Of a DNA stretch of 64,000 bases, positions 13,894-28,088 are shown piece after piece (within the stretch, counting starts at the first letter, position 1; each line of letters begins with the position of its first letter). The stretch comes from the human T2T-CHM13v2.0 reference genome, Homo sapiens, in the NCBI RefSeq assembly GCF_009914755.1, contig NC_060929.1; one strand, 5' to 3'. Made by a program: the position numbers and the translations under genes. The notes beneath the pieces are model-generated. The model did not search any database and had not been told where the DNA came from. It saw only the letters and a list, made by a program, of their open reading frames with translations.

Positions 13894-16800
13894 TCACCCG
13901 ACAAGGGCAGCAGCACAGCCTGGGAGTTCAGTCAGGTGCTGGGTCTCGACGTCTCCACCCGCTGGCTCGGTAGCGGGGTCCTCTCCTAACCAGCCCCGAG
14001 AAAGATGAGCATAGCTGCTGCTTGGTTTTGAAGGAACACATTCCTGTGTCTATATTTGTCTGGAGCCCACTAGTGGATTTTGGGAGGATTCCGTTTCCCA
14101 AACACACAGTTTGGGCTGCAGGAACTGCAGTGATTATGGCAAATTGGCAGGTGCGGGGATTGTTTATGAATTGCTGTTTTTGGTCCCAGCTTGAGCTTTT
14201 AATTCACAGAGCAAACTGTTGGGTGCAGTGGAAACAGCACCTTTCTGGGAGTCAGAGGACATCATTCTGATGTGTCCTCATCCATAAAATGAGAGCCTCC
14301 AGTTAGCTGATCCAGGCAGCCCCTCCCAGTGGAGAAGAACTCTGTCCTACCTCCCACTCTCAAAAGTTTGGAGAATGAACTCATTTTTTTCAACCTTTCT
14401 GCACCTTGGGTTATTATAAAATTAGCCACATATTTCCTATGGGTGTATTCATTTGAACTTTTTATTATGTTATTTTCTTTTCTCCTCCCTGCCTTAGTTT
14501 GGCAGAGAAACAAAAATTGGAAATAGAGGCAGGAGCACAGCTGGAAAGGCTGGTTTAGGAGGCAGAAAGGTGCCTTCTCCAGGCTTAACATCATCACCCG
14601 GAATTTTTCCTTTCTTTGCACCAAATTCAATGCATGCCAGCGCTGCGAGCCCAGGGAGAGATTCTTTCCTCTGCTCCAATTGTGGGATCTGCAGTTGGTG
14701 TGCAGCAGAGGAAGAATGTGATTCAAGGATCAGATTATGGAAAACTTTTTTCTCCAAAACATAACTTCTGATGACTTACAAGCATAGTTTCCCTTCTTTG
14801 CCAGTGGTGTTTGGCAAAACAAAAATAAAACCAGTTTTAAAATCAGTTGTCAAAGCTAGTATAGGGACAACTTTTTTAGCATTCGAAATAACAGCAAGTA
14901 ACACTTGACAGTAAAACCAGACAACAGAAGAAAACCCACAGAAGAGGTTTTTTTTTGTTTGATTTTTACTATTTCTTCTTTAAAGTGTTAGGGTATGTTA
15001 GGATATTGAAAATCATGGACTAAGCATCTCTGCATAATATTATCGGAAAGACTGTCTGAATCAGAATGTTAGATGCATCGAAGAAACATTGGAAGATCAC
15101 TTAGTGGAGTGCCCAGAGAAGATGCTGTCATCTATTAGGAAGGCAGGGAGAAGTGGTCATAGAGTGGAATAAGCTCACAGTCGCCAGCACACCTTAGGCA
15201 AACCACTGTGTTTGCAGGGAGAATGTGTGCACCCCACACTCTTCCTTGCTCTTCCCACATCTGGCCAGACTCGGGCCATTAACTGTCTTTATTGGCTCAG
15301 CTCTGCTGTGGTTCTCTCCACCACTGTCCATCTGTTCAGTGGTAACATTCACATTTCAGCCATGATTTCAGGAACCACAGGACTCATTGGAGGTTCTTAG
15401 GGGCCGGTGTTGGGGGAATAGGAATGCCCAGTGTGGAACGGCGCACCCACTCCAGCTATACTTGGAGTTGCTCTGCTTTTTTTGTTTCTGTATACTTTTA
15501 TGTTTGTTTTGTTGTTTTTTGCTGTTCTAGGTGAGGTTTTGTTTGGAGGAAAGTGTTTAATGCTAAATCAGAAATGTAAAAATAATGGTAATGGCTAATG
15601 TTTTTTGGTGCTTCTTGTGTCTTCGTTCATTTATTACACAGAAAATGCTTAGAACTGGTTGGTTGTGGTTCTGAGTAAGCACTCAAATGTTAGCTGCCAC
15701 TACTATTATTAATATTACCTTCTACTATGAAGTAGCTGTTATTTTTTAACCTTATTTGAAGAAACCAAGTCACACACAAACTTGTACAAGGTTACCCACC
15801 TCCTATGTAGATGTGTCTGCTAAATGAAAGATATATTCCTCGATATCCTGGATTTTGTTAATCCAAAGCCATTCAAGTAGGCACAACTGTATGTATGAAG
15901 CAGATGTTTCTGAGCCACCATAAGCAGGCTTTGTTGTGTTCCCATGGGCAGTGGCAGGTAATCACTAGGCAGGCAGGTGAATTTACCTGGTGGAACTTCT
16001 GTGATCAAAAGGTGAGTAGGCAGATGGAACTGTTAATAACCCAGTGATTGGTCGGGTGGCAAAAGGAGCGATGAGAAGTGTGGGCGCAAACATTCCCTCC
16101 GCATGCACTGCCAAAAGTGTGCTGAGAATCGTGACCTTATTCTAGAACAAGTGCCTTCAAGGTCTTTACTCTCTAGGAGGAGAAGGAGGAGTAGAGGGGG
16201 CGCTGGTGGTAGAAAGTGTGTGCCAAGGAAAAGAGGCCTGAGAGCTGCTAGTTACAACTAGCAGCTGCTAGTTGTAACTGTCGAGAGAAATATTTCCCTT
16301 CTTTAAAAAATAGTTTGAGGGCTGTGGGGGAAAAAAAGCATTGCAGTTAAAGGCACCCACAATAGAATGCTTAAAACCAAATGGTCCATAGTTGATTTTG
16401 TTGTTGTTGTTGTTTTGCCACCCATTTGTCCTATTGTACTTCTACTCTTACATTTCTATGAGATGAATAAATATCAAATAGAATGTAACTTTTTTGGTAC
16501 CAAGTATTTTATCTCAGTAGAAAGTCTTGACTGGGTATAATTATTAACTTGAAAATGACCTTTTCTCTGGCTCGGGTCTCAAGGTAGACTTAGCTTCATC
16601 TGGGAGGCCTTGGCTGGCTCCCTGGCCTGGAGTGGTGTGCTCTCCTGTGTGCCTGTAGCACCCAGTGCTTGTCCCTGTCACAAAAACAGTTGGCATTTGG
16701 ATTTTCTTTAGGGTGCTAGATGCGGAGACACTGACCATAGATAATGTTATATAATCTTTACAATCACCACTCTGTGACGCTCACAACGGCTGCAGAATTT

Positions 16801-17686
16801 GCTCAAGGCTTCCGCTAGTAAGTGGTGGCCAGGGTAAGCCCTGGCATGGGACTCCACTCATAACAGATTCTTAACAATCTGTCTGCTTCTGTCACGTGAA
16901 ACAGAGTTCTAGCTTCTACCTGAGAGCTCGCCATAGTTTCCAAGGTTACCTTATTACATTTAAGCTGTTCTGAATTAAGATTGGGTTAACATTTGTATAC
17001 TGTTGTTATTGTTTGAGACAACTCTTGCAGGTCTGGGTACAGGAGGAGAGAGATTATGAAAAAGTTTTTATTACTGGGCTAAAACCTCCTAGCTTAGTGG
17101 TTCCCCATACATGGCTATTAAAGTCTCTACTTAATTTTTAGAGGAATTATTGGATTAATATGTTTGGTTAGTAAATCCTTCCATTCTCTTCTGTCCATGT
17201 GTGTCCTCTGGTACATGTTCAGCTACTTGGTAAGACAATCTGTTTTCAAAATGAGGTTGCATACACATTTATCTGATTTGTAATTAATTTAATGGAAGAA
17301 CATTTAAATGGTGCTTCTAAATAAATCAACAGAAAGTTTTTGTATATGTTCTCATTTTTCCAGTAACTTTTTATGCTAGTAATAGTCCATTTTTCTACTT
17401 TCCCATTTAGTTGGAGCCAGAATAGACAGGTGGCCTCATGTTTAAATTAAGAGGATGATAAAATGCTTATGTTCATTTCTAGGAGACAAAAGCCTGTTGC
17501 CTGTTAGTACTGTTGCTGGGATTCCTAGGTAATAAACAAAAATCCCAGAAACTGTAGCACATAAAATGCTATGCTTGATGAATCTCTAAATTAAGAATTT
17601 AATAGTAAATCTTTTGTTGTTGATTTAACCATGTTACTATGACATCAAGTCTGTAGAATTATTGGATAGACACAAAGTTACCTAAA

Positions 17687-17850
17687 ATACCTCAGCTCTT
17701 TCTCCTCTTGCCATATTATTGGTTATTAATGAATATTAGGGTGAGTCTTCTAACAGTGGGAGTGATAAATACCTCAGCTCTTTCTCCTCTTGCCATATTA
17801 TTGGTTGTTAATGAATATTAGGGTTAGTCTTCTAGGAGAGGGAGTGATAA
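17687..17850. repeat. 82-bp tandem duplication (2 copies)
   Basis: 17687-17768 vs 17769-17850, 5 mismatches by eye. Confidence 0.9.
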
Positions 17851-20560
17851 TGTAGTTGGAAGTCATTCTCAAGAGAGTCTTCCCTCAAATCGGAAGTGAA
17901 AATCTCATTAAACATCAAGCGTTCACTGTTTCAAAAAAAAAAAAAGAAGCATACCTCCCTGTCCTGTACCCACGACAGTGGAGATGAGCTCTCATCTCTT
18001 TCTAGGCTTGGGACAGCCTCGGTGGGTACAAACCAGTTCCAAATGGCTCAGGAATGGAGGTGGGCAGTGGAGCTGATGATGGTGGAAGCTCATCGGAGCG
18101 TGTACTTTGAACAGTCTGTGTCTGTCCTCTAAGCCAGGGCATAGACTGTTCTCTGTAGCATTTAGTCTCCAAGTTTAAGAGAAGTGAACTAAATTCCTTC
18201 TTGCCTGGTAATGAGAGAATCGGTCCCTAGGTCTTAGAATAACACCTGATACTTTGGGGTTGTATTTTTTGACCTGTGACGAGAAGGCCTCAACTTGCTT
18301 GTGAACTCTCTAGAGTTAAGAAAGACTGGGTGCTGTGTGTCTTCCGAATGCACCACGTGGACAGGTCGAAATGCTGCGGAGCAAGCAGAATGGCTGATAG
18401 GAAGGGGAAGTGGAAGAGATGGCAAGCCAGTGCCAGCATGGGCTGAATGTAACCAGTCACTGTCTAGATAGGAAGGGCTGGTGGCACTCATGTCAGTGGA
18501 TGAGATCAGCAATTTGTCATTTTACTTGGCATTTACAAAATGAACTTGGAGTTTGGTTTGTAGCTAAAGTTAGGTTGGCTGCTCAGCTTGAAATGGAAAC
18601 ATAGCCAATGAAATGATTAATATACATGTTGGGTCCCACAGTTTTGTACCTGAAGCAGTGCAAGGCTTGGGCATATTGATTCCTTCCTAGGAGATCTAAA
18701 GAAAAATCCCTTGAATCAAGAGAGAGCTTATTAGATCAGTTTTATCCATGGTATATCCCTCTATTTTTGTTTTTTAAGTATTAAATATTTGTTAGACTCA
18801 ATTTTGGTTTGTTGACTGTCATGATAGAGGACTTGCAGAGTCTGTGCTTGGTGACCTACCTTGTACTGTCTTGTTCTTCACACTTTGCTGCATCTTCTCC
18901 CATATGTAATTGATTCATTTGTTTGAATTTTGAATTTTGGAGCCTATTACATCTCCCTTTCCCTCCCAGTCTCCTTGATATTCCCTTTTCCTCCCCATTT
19001 AGCAGCCTTTTTGAAGCTGATTACCACCATGGAGGCCCTTGTGGAAAAGGCTCTTTATTAGAACTAGCCTTTGGGTCGACAGGTTTAATAGATCTGTAGG
19101 ACCCAGCATGAACTTCCAAGGGTCGGGGTATTTGCTGGCATTTGTCAAGATCTTATGTATCTTCCATACACACTTAGGGCATCTTTTCTGTGGTGCAAGC
19201 TTTGAGTAATGTTTTGAGTTTAGTTGAATGTCAGTTATTTCACAACTATTTCCAATCCTGGCCCCAACGTGACTATTCCTCCAACATAACTCTGAAACAT
19301 ATTAAAATAAGGAGGCCTTTGGAGAATGAAGGGAAATGGCAGTTAATGGCCTGGCTTCCTTATGTTTGCTCACAGGGGAGGAAGCTGAGGTCCAGATGGC
19401 TCAGCTGTCTAGGACCGGACCCTGAGTTCCTGACTCCCTCAGTTCCCTCCTCATTTCACTACCTTGAAACCATCCTACTAGATGACCACTTCACATTCTC
19501 ACTTCCTGCTTTATATTTACATGGTGTAATTAAGGGAAGAGAAAACACACTGGTGGTTCATTATTTCTGACATACATATTAAAAGTCAGAAGGGACCACC
19601 AGGATAGAGGCTCTTAGTTAGCATAAGTGTGGTGGAGTAACAGAACAGCCCCAAATAGGTGAATACATTTATTTCTCTCACATCAAAGAGAGGTAGCTCC
19701 CCAGGGCTGGGATGATCTCCATGGTGTCAGGGCCCCAGGCTCCTTCCACTTTGTTTCTCCACTATGCCTGGCTTCAATGCTCACTGTCTCTTTTGGGTAC
19801 AAGATGGCTGCTGGAGCATCAGCCATCACATTTACATTCCAGCTAATAGGGAGGAAAAAGGGCAAGGAACACACCCCTCTTAACAAGCCCTTCTGAAAGT
19901 TGCACATTCAACAACTTCTTGGCCAGAATTCACTCACACAGCAGTACCCAGCACCCAGGGACGATGGAATGAGCCTTTATCTGAGTAGCCATGTGCCCAG
20001 CCCAAAGTCAGGGCTTAATCTCGATGGGAGGAGAGAACGGACCCTGGGGGAAGCTGGCAGTCTCTCTCATGGAGACACATGGACGGGATCCTGATTACAT
20101 GATACATTTCGTTCATTCAAGAAATATGTATTAACTGTCTATTGTGTACTTAGGCACTCAGAAAGCAGAGTGAAAACAGTCAGTCCCAGTCCTTAAGGCA
20201 TTTACTGTCTACGCAGGGAGACAGACGCTAATCAAACACAAACACAATTGTGTAAACTGTGACAAGTGCTGTGAAAAGGACACCGTGTGCTATGAGAGAG
20301 GAAAACAGGGATTTGCTCAAGCCTGGAGGTTGGAAACAGAGAAGTGATGTTTGAGCTGAGAGCTGGAGAATGAGTGGAATGAACTAGGGCATGGTTAGAA
20401 GGAAGAATGTTTCAGACAGAGGGAAGAGTACAGGCAAAGCAAGGTAGGGAGGCAGGCGTGAGCTCTAGGAGGAAGTGAAGGCACTCCTCCTATTGGAGCA
20501 AGGGGAGGAGGTGAGAGAAGAGGGAGGGGTCAGGGTCAGACCATGAGGGGGACTGGGCGT

Positions 20561-20669
20561 GGGTGACCAACTGTCCCAGCTTGCCTGGACTGAGAGATGT
20601 GCCAGTATGTGGGGCTTTCAGTGCTAAAACTGGGAGAGTCCCAGGCAAACCAGGAGGAGTTGGCCACCT
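20561..20669. mobile_element. short hAT-Blackjack-type MITE (MER81/MER94-like)
   Basis: imperfect TIRs gggtgaccaact...agttggccacct. Confidence 0.55.
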
Positions 20670-20725
20670 TCCCTGGAGGCCAGGGTAATGGTCAGGTTCC
20701 TTTCTTTATTAATTTCAGAGAAGTT

Positions 20726-21009
20726 GGCCAAGCACGGTGGCTCATGCCTGTCATCCCAGCACTTTGGGAGGCCGAGGTGGGTGGATCACTTGAAGTCAGG
20801 GGTTCGAGACCAGCCTGGCCAACATGGTAAAACCCCTATTTCTACTGAAAATACAAAAATTAGCCAGGTGTGGTGGCAGGTGCCTGCAATCCCAACTATT
20901 GGGGGGCTGAGGCAGGAGACTCACTTGAACTTTGGAGGCAGAGGTTGCGGATCATGCCACTGCACTCCAGCCTGGGCGACAGAGTGAGAATCAATCTGAA
21001 AAAAAAAAA
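20726..21009 (+). mobile_element. AluS
   Basis: Alu consensus; TSD tttcaga(g/a)aagtt. Confidence 0.9.
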
Positions 21010-22855
21010 TTTTTTTTCAGAAAAGTTCCTTTTTAGATAGGCATAGCTTCCAGCCATAGAAAAACAACAGCTGTGACTAGTAAAAGTAACCGCTTACTTT
21101 GGCCAAAGGGAAATGGGCACAAAACAGACACACAAAACAGACACAACACTTACTTTTAGTTGGATTACTTGACCAGTAAGATTTTTCTTTATCTGGACTG
21201 ATTTCTCCTAATGGTAACTTTGGAAATTGATTGGCATCTGATGATGTATTTGAGATAACAGAAGCAGCTAAGGGTAGGGGATGCTATTACTCTACAGCAG
21301 GATTTCTCAACACTGGCAATGTTGGAATTACTGGGGAGCTTAAAAAAGATACCTGGGCCCCAGCCTAATAAATCTGAAAATCCACTGGAGCCAGGGCCAG
21401 GGTCCTGGGGGTCTTGATGGAATGCAGATTATGTTTCCAAGGGGTTTGAGAATCTATAGTTCTAAGAAGTCCCAGATGGTATTGATGTTGCTGTCCTGTG
21501 GACTTTGAGTAGCAATGTTCTATAAAGTTTGATGAGGTTATTTTTGAAGCCACTGGTCTCCCTTTAGGAGAGCAGATCTATAGGCCCATGTAAAGGTATA
21601 TGAGTCCATGATAGGAGACAGGGGTTAAAGACTTAGGGCGGGGAGGTGGCCAAGGAGGCTTCTGCAGTGTGGTCCCATCAGCAAGATCACACTGAACCCA
21701 GGGGGACAAATCTTGACTTCTCAGTTGGTCCCAGGGGATGGGTGAGAGGTTATGGGTTGAGTTGTGGCTTTATAAGCCACTGACTGTCACTACTATTCTT
21801 GGTTACAGAAGAACCAGCTCCTGAGGTCTCTGGCTAGGATGCTACTATAGGTAATGACCATTTTTTACCTTTCTGACAATTTGTTAGGGTCCTTTCCAGC
21901 TGACATCAGGGGCTAGCAGGATGTGGGTCTTTCCTACAAATGAGAAAAGCCGTGGAAAGAGTTTTACATTGTAAAGAGTTTTGCATTGTAAAGAGTTTTG
22001 CACAGGAGATGATACATCCATCGAATGTTTAAAAAACAAACCCACACTGGCTGTGGAGTAGAAAACAGAACTGGGGAAGGGAGACCAATCAAAAGGATTA
22101 GTAACTATTAGTGATGGTGCCCAAATGATTCTGAGTAATGGAAAAGTCACCCCCAGGGCAAAAGGCCTGAGAGTTGAACCAGACCACGTGCCACCAAAGC
22201 CCTGGCAGGTCAAAGCAGTGAGCCAAATCAGTAATGAAATCTAGCAGAGATAAATGTCAGGTCCTGCCTGGGTCTAAAGATCCCAGAACTGGCCCACATG
22301 ATCTGGATAATCCTTTGTTTCCCTTCCCATGTTCTGGACTGAAAGGTAGATACAGATGTCAGAGATTAAAAATATATTTTTCTAAGTCAGCTCAGTGACA
22401 TAAAATCCACGTGTCTTAGTTGTGTGGCCAGTTGGGCTTGCTAGCAGTGCCCAAGCTGAACTCCATCCTAAAGTTCTAGGCCTCCCTCCCAAGGAGAGGG
22501 CAGGCCCAAGGATTCCTTCTGTGCGGGCAGGTCTGTGGGGTGAAAGGGGCTGAGCTGGGCATGCCATTTTAAAAAAATCTGCCACTCAGATCAATCTCTC
22601 ACCTTCAGGAAGGAGTAAAGGCGGTAGTAGGGGAGCCAGAACCCCACCTCCAGGAAGGCCTCTCCACCGGGAAACTTGAGAGTGAGTGAAACCCCTGGCC
22701 CTCTCTTCCCTTCAGAAGATGGGGAAACACACCCCAGCACAGGTCCAAAGGGCTTTAAGCTGACAGCAGGTTGAATGTGAGTCAGTAGCTTTTGGGTTGT
22801 TTGTAGCTGTGCAGTACAATCACAGGCTGCATTGCTGTGAATGTATCATCTAAAA

Positions 22856-23176
22856 CAGGGTCAGCAAGCCACAGCCCATGGGTCATATCTGGCCTGCTGT
22901 TTGTTTTTACATGGCCTATGACCTCAGAGTGGTTTTTCCATTTTTAAATGGTTGGGAAAAAAATAAAAAGAATACCACTTCCTGACATGTGAAAATTAGA
23001 TGGAATATAAATTTCAATGTCCATACATAAAGCTTTATTGGATTGGAGCCCTGTGTGTATTGTCTGTGGCTGCTTTCCCTGTGTAAGGGCAGAGCTGAGT
23101 AGTTGAGACAGAGACCACATGGCCGATGAGACCTAAAATATGTACTCTCTGACCCTTTTCAGAAGACTTACCCCTG
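22856..23176. mobile_element. MER58-type hAT element
   Basis: cagggtcagcaag...acccctg termini, MER58 core motifs. Confidence 0.7.
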
Positions 23177-26100
23177 ATGTAGAATGAAGAATGTGGTCAC
23201 CTTGTTGAATTCTGTCCTGGGGATCACACCCAGGACATTGTGTTTGACCTGGGGTCTCACATTAAGTGTGGAATGAGTTTAGAGAAGACTGACCAGGACC
23301 ACGAAGAGACTCCCCAAAGATATCATGTAGGGACTGGTTGAGAAAACAGGAGCTGTCTAAACTATAAGAGAGAAAGATGCAGAGTGGAAATGATGGAAAT
23401 GATAGAACTTCGAAGAGAATTACTCAGGGGAAGGCAGTAATGTACAGTGGTTAGTTCAGAGGGCACAGCTCTACATCAAAACCTGGGTGTTCAAGTTCAG
23501 ACTTCTACTTCTTTTCTGTGCTTCAGTTTCTTCACCTCAAAAAGTGAAGCATTCCTGTTAGAGCTCATCAGATGACCAGATCCACAGTGAATTAAGATTC
23601 AGCATTTGCCTTAGAGGTGTTAGTGGGAAACAGTCATGAATACACTGAACTAGCCTGCAGTGTGGACATATTGCTGAGGGAGCACTCTGGGAAGCCTAAA
23701 AAACAAGTAGAATTCTGCCTTTAGCCCAAAGCATTCTGCAATCCCATGAAAAATGTAAAAGGTCGTCATATGGAAGAGGAATCAGACTGGTTCTTCATAA
23801 CCCCAAGCAATAGATTCCAGGGTGGTTACAGATCTGAACACCTCAATCTCTTGCTTAAAACTCTCAGAGCCTTCCCTTGCTCTTCAGTTAAACATCAGCC
23901 TCTTGAACGGGACCTTCAGGCTTCTCCAGCCTCCCCTCACTTTCCTTGCCTTGCAAGCCCCTGTCCAACCTTGGATCTCAGCTCAGTCTCATGTCCTAGG
24001 GAAGCATTCTCCAACTTCGTTTAGCTCAGATTCCCTTCTTACAGTGCTTGTGGACCTGCATTCCTTTCCTCTGGAGCGTTGCCTCAGTGGTGCTCTGTTC
24101 CCACTAGGAGTCTGTCTGTTAGTCCCTGCCAGGAGAATCCAGTCGGTTGCATTTATAATTGTAGCATCAGCTCTTGACACTGTGCCTGGCCTGCGGGAGG
24201 AGCTTAATCTATGTTCGTAGAATAATGATCAAAGTTGATCAATAAAGAGAGAAACATTCCAAAAAAGGGAAAAAGGAAATGGACTCCCACAGGATGGAGC
24301 GAGTTGCCAGCCGAGAGGTATGTAAGCAGTGGTTGGATGACAGATGGTGGGAGATGGTAGCCAAATGGTTTATATTCAGATAGTGCTTTTTTGTTTAATT
24401 TTGTTCCAACCCTGTGCTATCACCACTTTTTGGCCATTGGAGTACCTTCTTGGGGTCATCAAGGCTAAGTGATTAGTCCTCTAGCTAGAAAATGACAGAA
24501 TGAAGACAAGAGTCCTTTGCTCATTTTTGTCGAATGAGTTGTCTCTCCCAGGCTGAGGAGGCCTGTGTGGTTGGATAAAGCAGTGGCAGTGCTGGAGTTC
24601 TGTGACTCCACGGGGAAGGAATTACAACTTCCTCTTTAGTAGTAGCCTATCCCATCTATAGCTTTTGTGGTTTTATAGTTGGGTGGATTTTTAAAATGCA
24701 ATGATTAGAAAATGAAACTTACCTTTAAAATGATGGGTTGCATTCAACATCTCTAGAAGATGTGCCCAGTCAAGAGATGTGCCCGACTCTCAGCTGTGAT
24801 GTTACTAAAGAAAACACACACACAATCCTCTCAGTGTTTGGCCAGGAGCAGCTTCCTGTCATATTTATTGATACTTTCAGTTTAGTGGGCGCCTTGGGGG
24901 CAGTGTGCCCCATCCTGGGGGGATGGTGCTGATAGCATAAGTGGGTTGCATGACAGCCTACAGTTGAATGTCTTAGTGGTCATGACTTTCAAGATAAAAT
25001 CCTCCCACTTGGTGGTTCTCTTTCTCAGTGATATTGATCTTGTAGTTGTTGGTTATTGTATTCTACTAAGTGGAAGACTGTCATTTCTTATTGAGCAGAA
25101 TTAATAACTGAAATACAAAAGTTCAGATGGTCCTTTGAGTTTAAGGATTTATTAAGAGGGTGTTTTTTTTCTGAATATCTCCCCCGTAACTGGTAGAAAA
25201 ACAACCAACTAATCTATGATTTTGCAAGAACCAACACAATTTAAACTTACTCTTTCACACTGCTGTGCTAACTTCTAGAAATCTCTTGAATCTCCATGTG
25301 CTCCAAATTATTTAGAAAACTTGATGGCCTAACAGGATTTGTTCTGTGTGTTTTTCCTTCTGTTTGTGTAGTGCTTAATTTATTTGTTTAGACTAATGTA
25401 CAATATTTTGCTTTATTCTGGAGCTGAGTTTCTCAGAATTAAACAATCAGTTCCCACACTGAAGGCTCCCAGCTTTTCCCTGCAGTCACACTGAGGCCTA
25501 AGGAGAAACTAAAAGCCTATGAGAGAGGTGACCTACTGGGGAATGGAGGTGCTCACCCAACCAGCTGACAGGAGGACACTGTGTCCCCAGGCCAGGGGGT
25601 CCCTGTGGGCAGGGACCGTGTCTTGCACTTCACTGCCTCCCTGCCTGGCATCCAGCCCAGGGGGGAAGAAGTGTGAGGAATTGGTGAGGGGTCTGGGGAA
25701 GGGAGCGGGCAGCCCTTCCCAGCCCGTCCCTGTCTGCCTGTTCCATTGGCTTCAGTTTATTCCTCTGTACAGCACTTCCTGCCCTTGATTACAAATGACC
25801 TAAAAGCCATATTCACCTTTTCAAAGGGAGCAGGGTTCCATGGCACAGCTCAGAAAAGTGTGAAGTTTCCCCAGCACCTCAGGAGTCTCTGTGTCCTCTG
25901 CTTGCTCACCCACCCCCATCTTCCTACCTCTCTTGCCACAGAGTGTCCTTTCTCACCCCTCCCTTGAGTTCCTTCCTATTCCATCAGCCTCTCTTCACCA
26001 CTCTCTCTTCCATCGTCTGCTAACTAACCATAATAGGACATTGAAGCAGATAGAAATACCTGTTGTGTTTATTAAATGTAGTACTTCTACCTTAAGTTCT

Positions 26101-27729
26101 TTTAGCCAGGTGATTTCACTGTATGTATATTTCTTCACTTTCTCTGCGACCTCAGACATCTAAATTAAATTGCCTTTATGTCCTCCCAGCTCAGAGTTGA
26201 TGTCCCTGCTCCCTGGCCTGCTCAGTAGCCCTTGAAAGACCACCTCTGCTTCAGGAGAAAGTCAGTGGGCTAGATGCAGGTGACAGAGTCTGTGTGTAGA
26301 GAGAAAGTGTGGAGGTACTGATATTGTATATACCATGAATAAGATCAGGAGAGGAAGTAGACAAGGTTGAGGACTATGCAGCTGGCCCATGAGGAAGTAG
26401 AGATAGTACAGATTCTGGAAGTTTGAGGCAAACCAGACGCTGCTGAGTTTCCATGAGATAGAGAGACTGTGATGTCCAGGACAGTAGGAGCCTCAGGCTC
26501 CTGGGGTAGAACTGCTGTTTGCACGATCACTTGGTTTCCGGCTCTTCAGTGTCTTTTAGTTTTGTTTTCAGGGTTTTGGGGTATGTGTGTGTGTATTTGG
26601 TTTCCTGTTTTAATGTTTGAATTACTTCAGCTTTGGTATATTGTAGAGAATGGAAAAAAAAAAACACTAAGTAGAATTTTACCACCAAAAACGGTGCTTT
26701 TTTTTTTTTTTTTTTTTTTTTTTTGTGTAGTTCTGACCAACAGTCTCATCTGCCATATATCGTTTGAGTGATCACAGATCAGATTTTAGTTTCTGATATT
26801 CACTTTGTTGATTTCAGGAGGTCCTGGTATAATTCCTCTAGGACATGTTCACTGCTGAAGCATTACTTCTGCTTGTGTGGGTCGGGGTCCCAACATGCAT
26901 TAATGCTGATGACTAGGGGGATGTATGAGACCTAGGTAATACACTTTGCAATATAACAGACATGCATTGTGCTGTATGTATGGTCTCATTTCAGCCACCA
27001 CCCAAGTGGTTCAGCCCAAAAATATTGAAAAGAAATTTCATGTTTTTGTGTATCTTCACAGGCATTAAAGAGGATCAAATCCATAATTTCTGGCAACACT
27101 GCTCTTTTCCACTTCCCCTTGCAACTTCCTTGTGGACTTGTGAAACTTCACTGTGGACCTGAGGCTCCTACTGTCCTGGAAGTCCCCTTGTGGACTTTCT
27201 GGAGATTTTTTTTGCCAAAACTTGTCCCCTCCCAACACACTCCTTTTTGTTCTTTTTTTATGTAGAATGACTGAATTCGTGGAGGTGAAACCTTTTCTCC
27301 CTTCCTGTTTCTCTGAGTCCCAATCACCAAGCCTTCCACAGGCATCCCTCTCCAGGGATGAGGCGGGAAAGCTGGGCCAGGGACTGCAGAATTCTCCTTG
27401 GCAGGCTGGTGGAAGGGGGACCCCTATGAACCTTCTGATATCCACAATTTTATCTCAGTTGTATTTGGGGAAATGAGATTTGATGCTGGAGGTCATCAGA
27501 ACTGTCATTATGACACTGTTTTGCAAGATGTCTCATTACGGTGTTTTCTTCTGTATCATTTTTTAGTTGTAATTCAGTTATTAGCCCAGGAAGGATAATT
27601 TTTTTTAAATTTTCCTTTTAAAGAGTCTTAATTTACTTGCTATAGCAATATTAATTTGAAGATTTCCTTGGTTCCCTAATTCAGAAGCAGGACCTAGCCA
27701 AGTGGTAAAGGAGGCAACTTCTGGCATCA

Positions 27730-28088
27730 TGTTTTTGTTCATTTTCTGTTGTTATAACAGAATACCACAGACTGGGTGATTTATAAGGAAAACAAGTTTA
27801 TTCCTGCAGTTCTGGGGACTGGGGAGTCCAAGAGCACAGCAGGCACCAGATCTGGTGAGGGCCTTCTTGCTGCATTGTAATGTGGTGGAGGGCGTCACGT
27901 GGTGAGAGGGTATTAGCATGCAGGTCAGCCACCAGTCCTGTCATGGGGGCCCCATGCTGATGGCCTTATCTAATCCTAATTATTTCCCAAAGGCCCCACC
28001 TCCAATCATCATATGAATTTTGTGATTAAGTTTCCAACACATAAAACTAACATGTAGGACACATTGGGGACACATTCATACCATAGTA
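27730..28088 (-). mobile_element. MaLR LTR (MST/MLT1A-like)
   Basis: ataacagaataccacagactgggtgattta...cattcataccatag. Confidence 0.65.
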
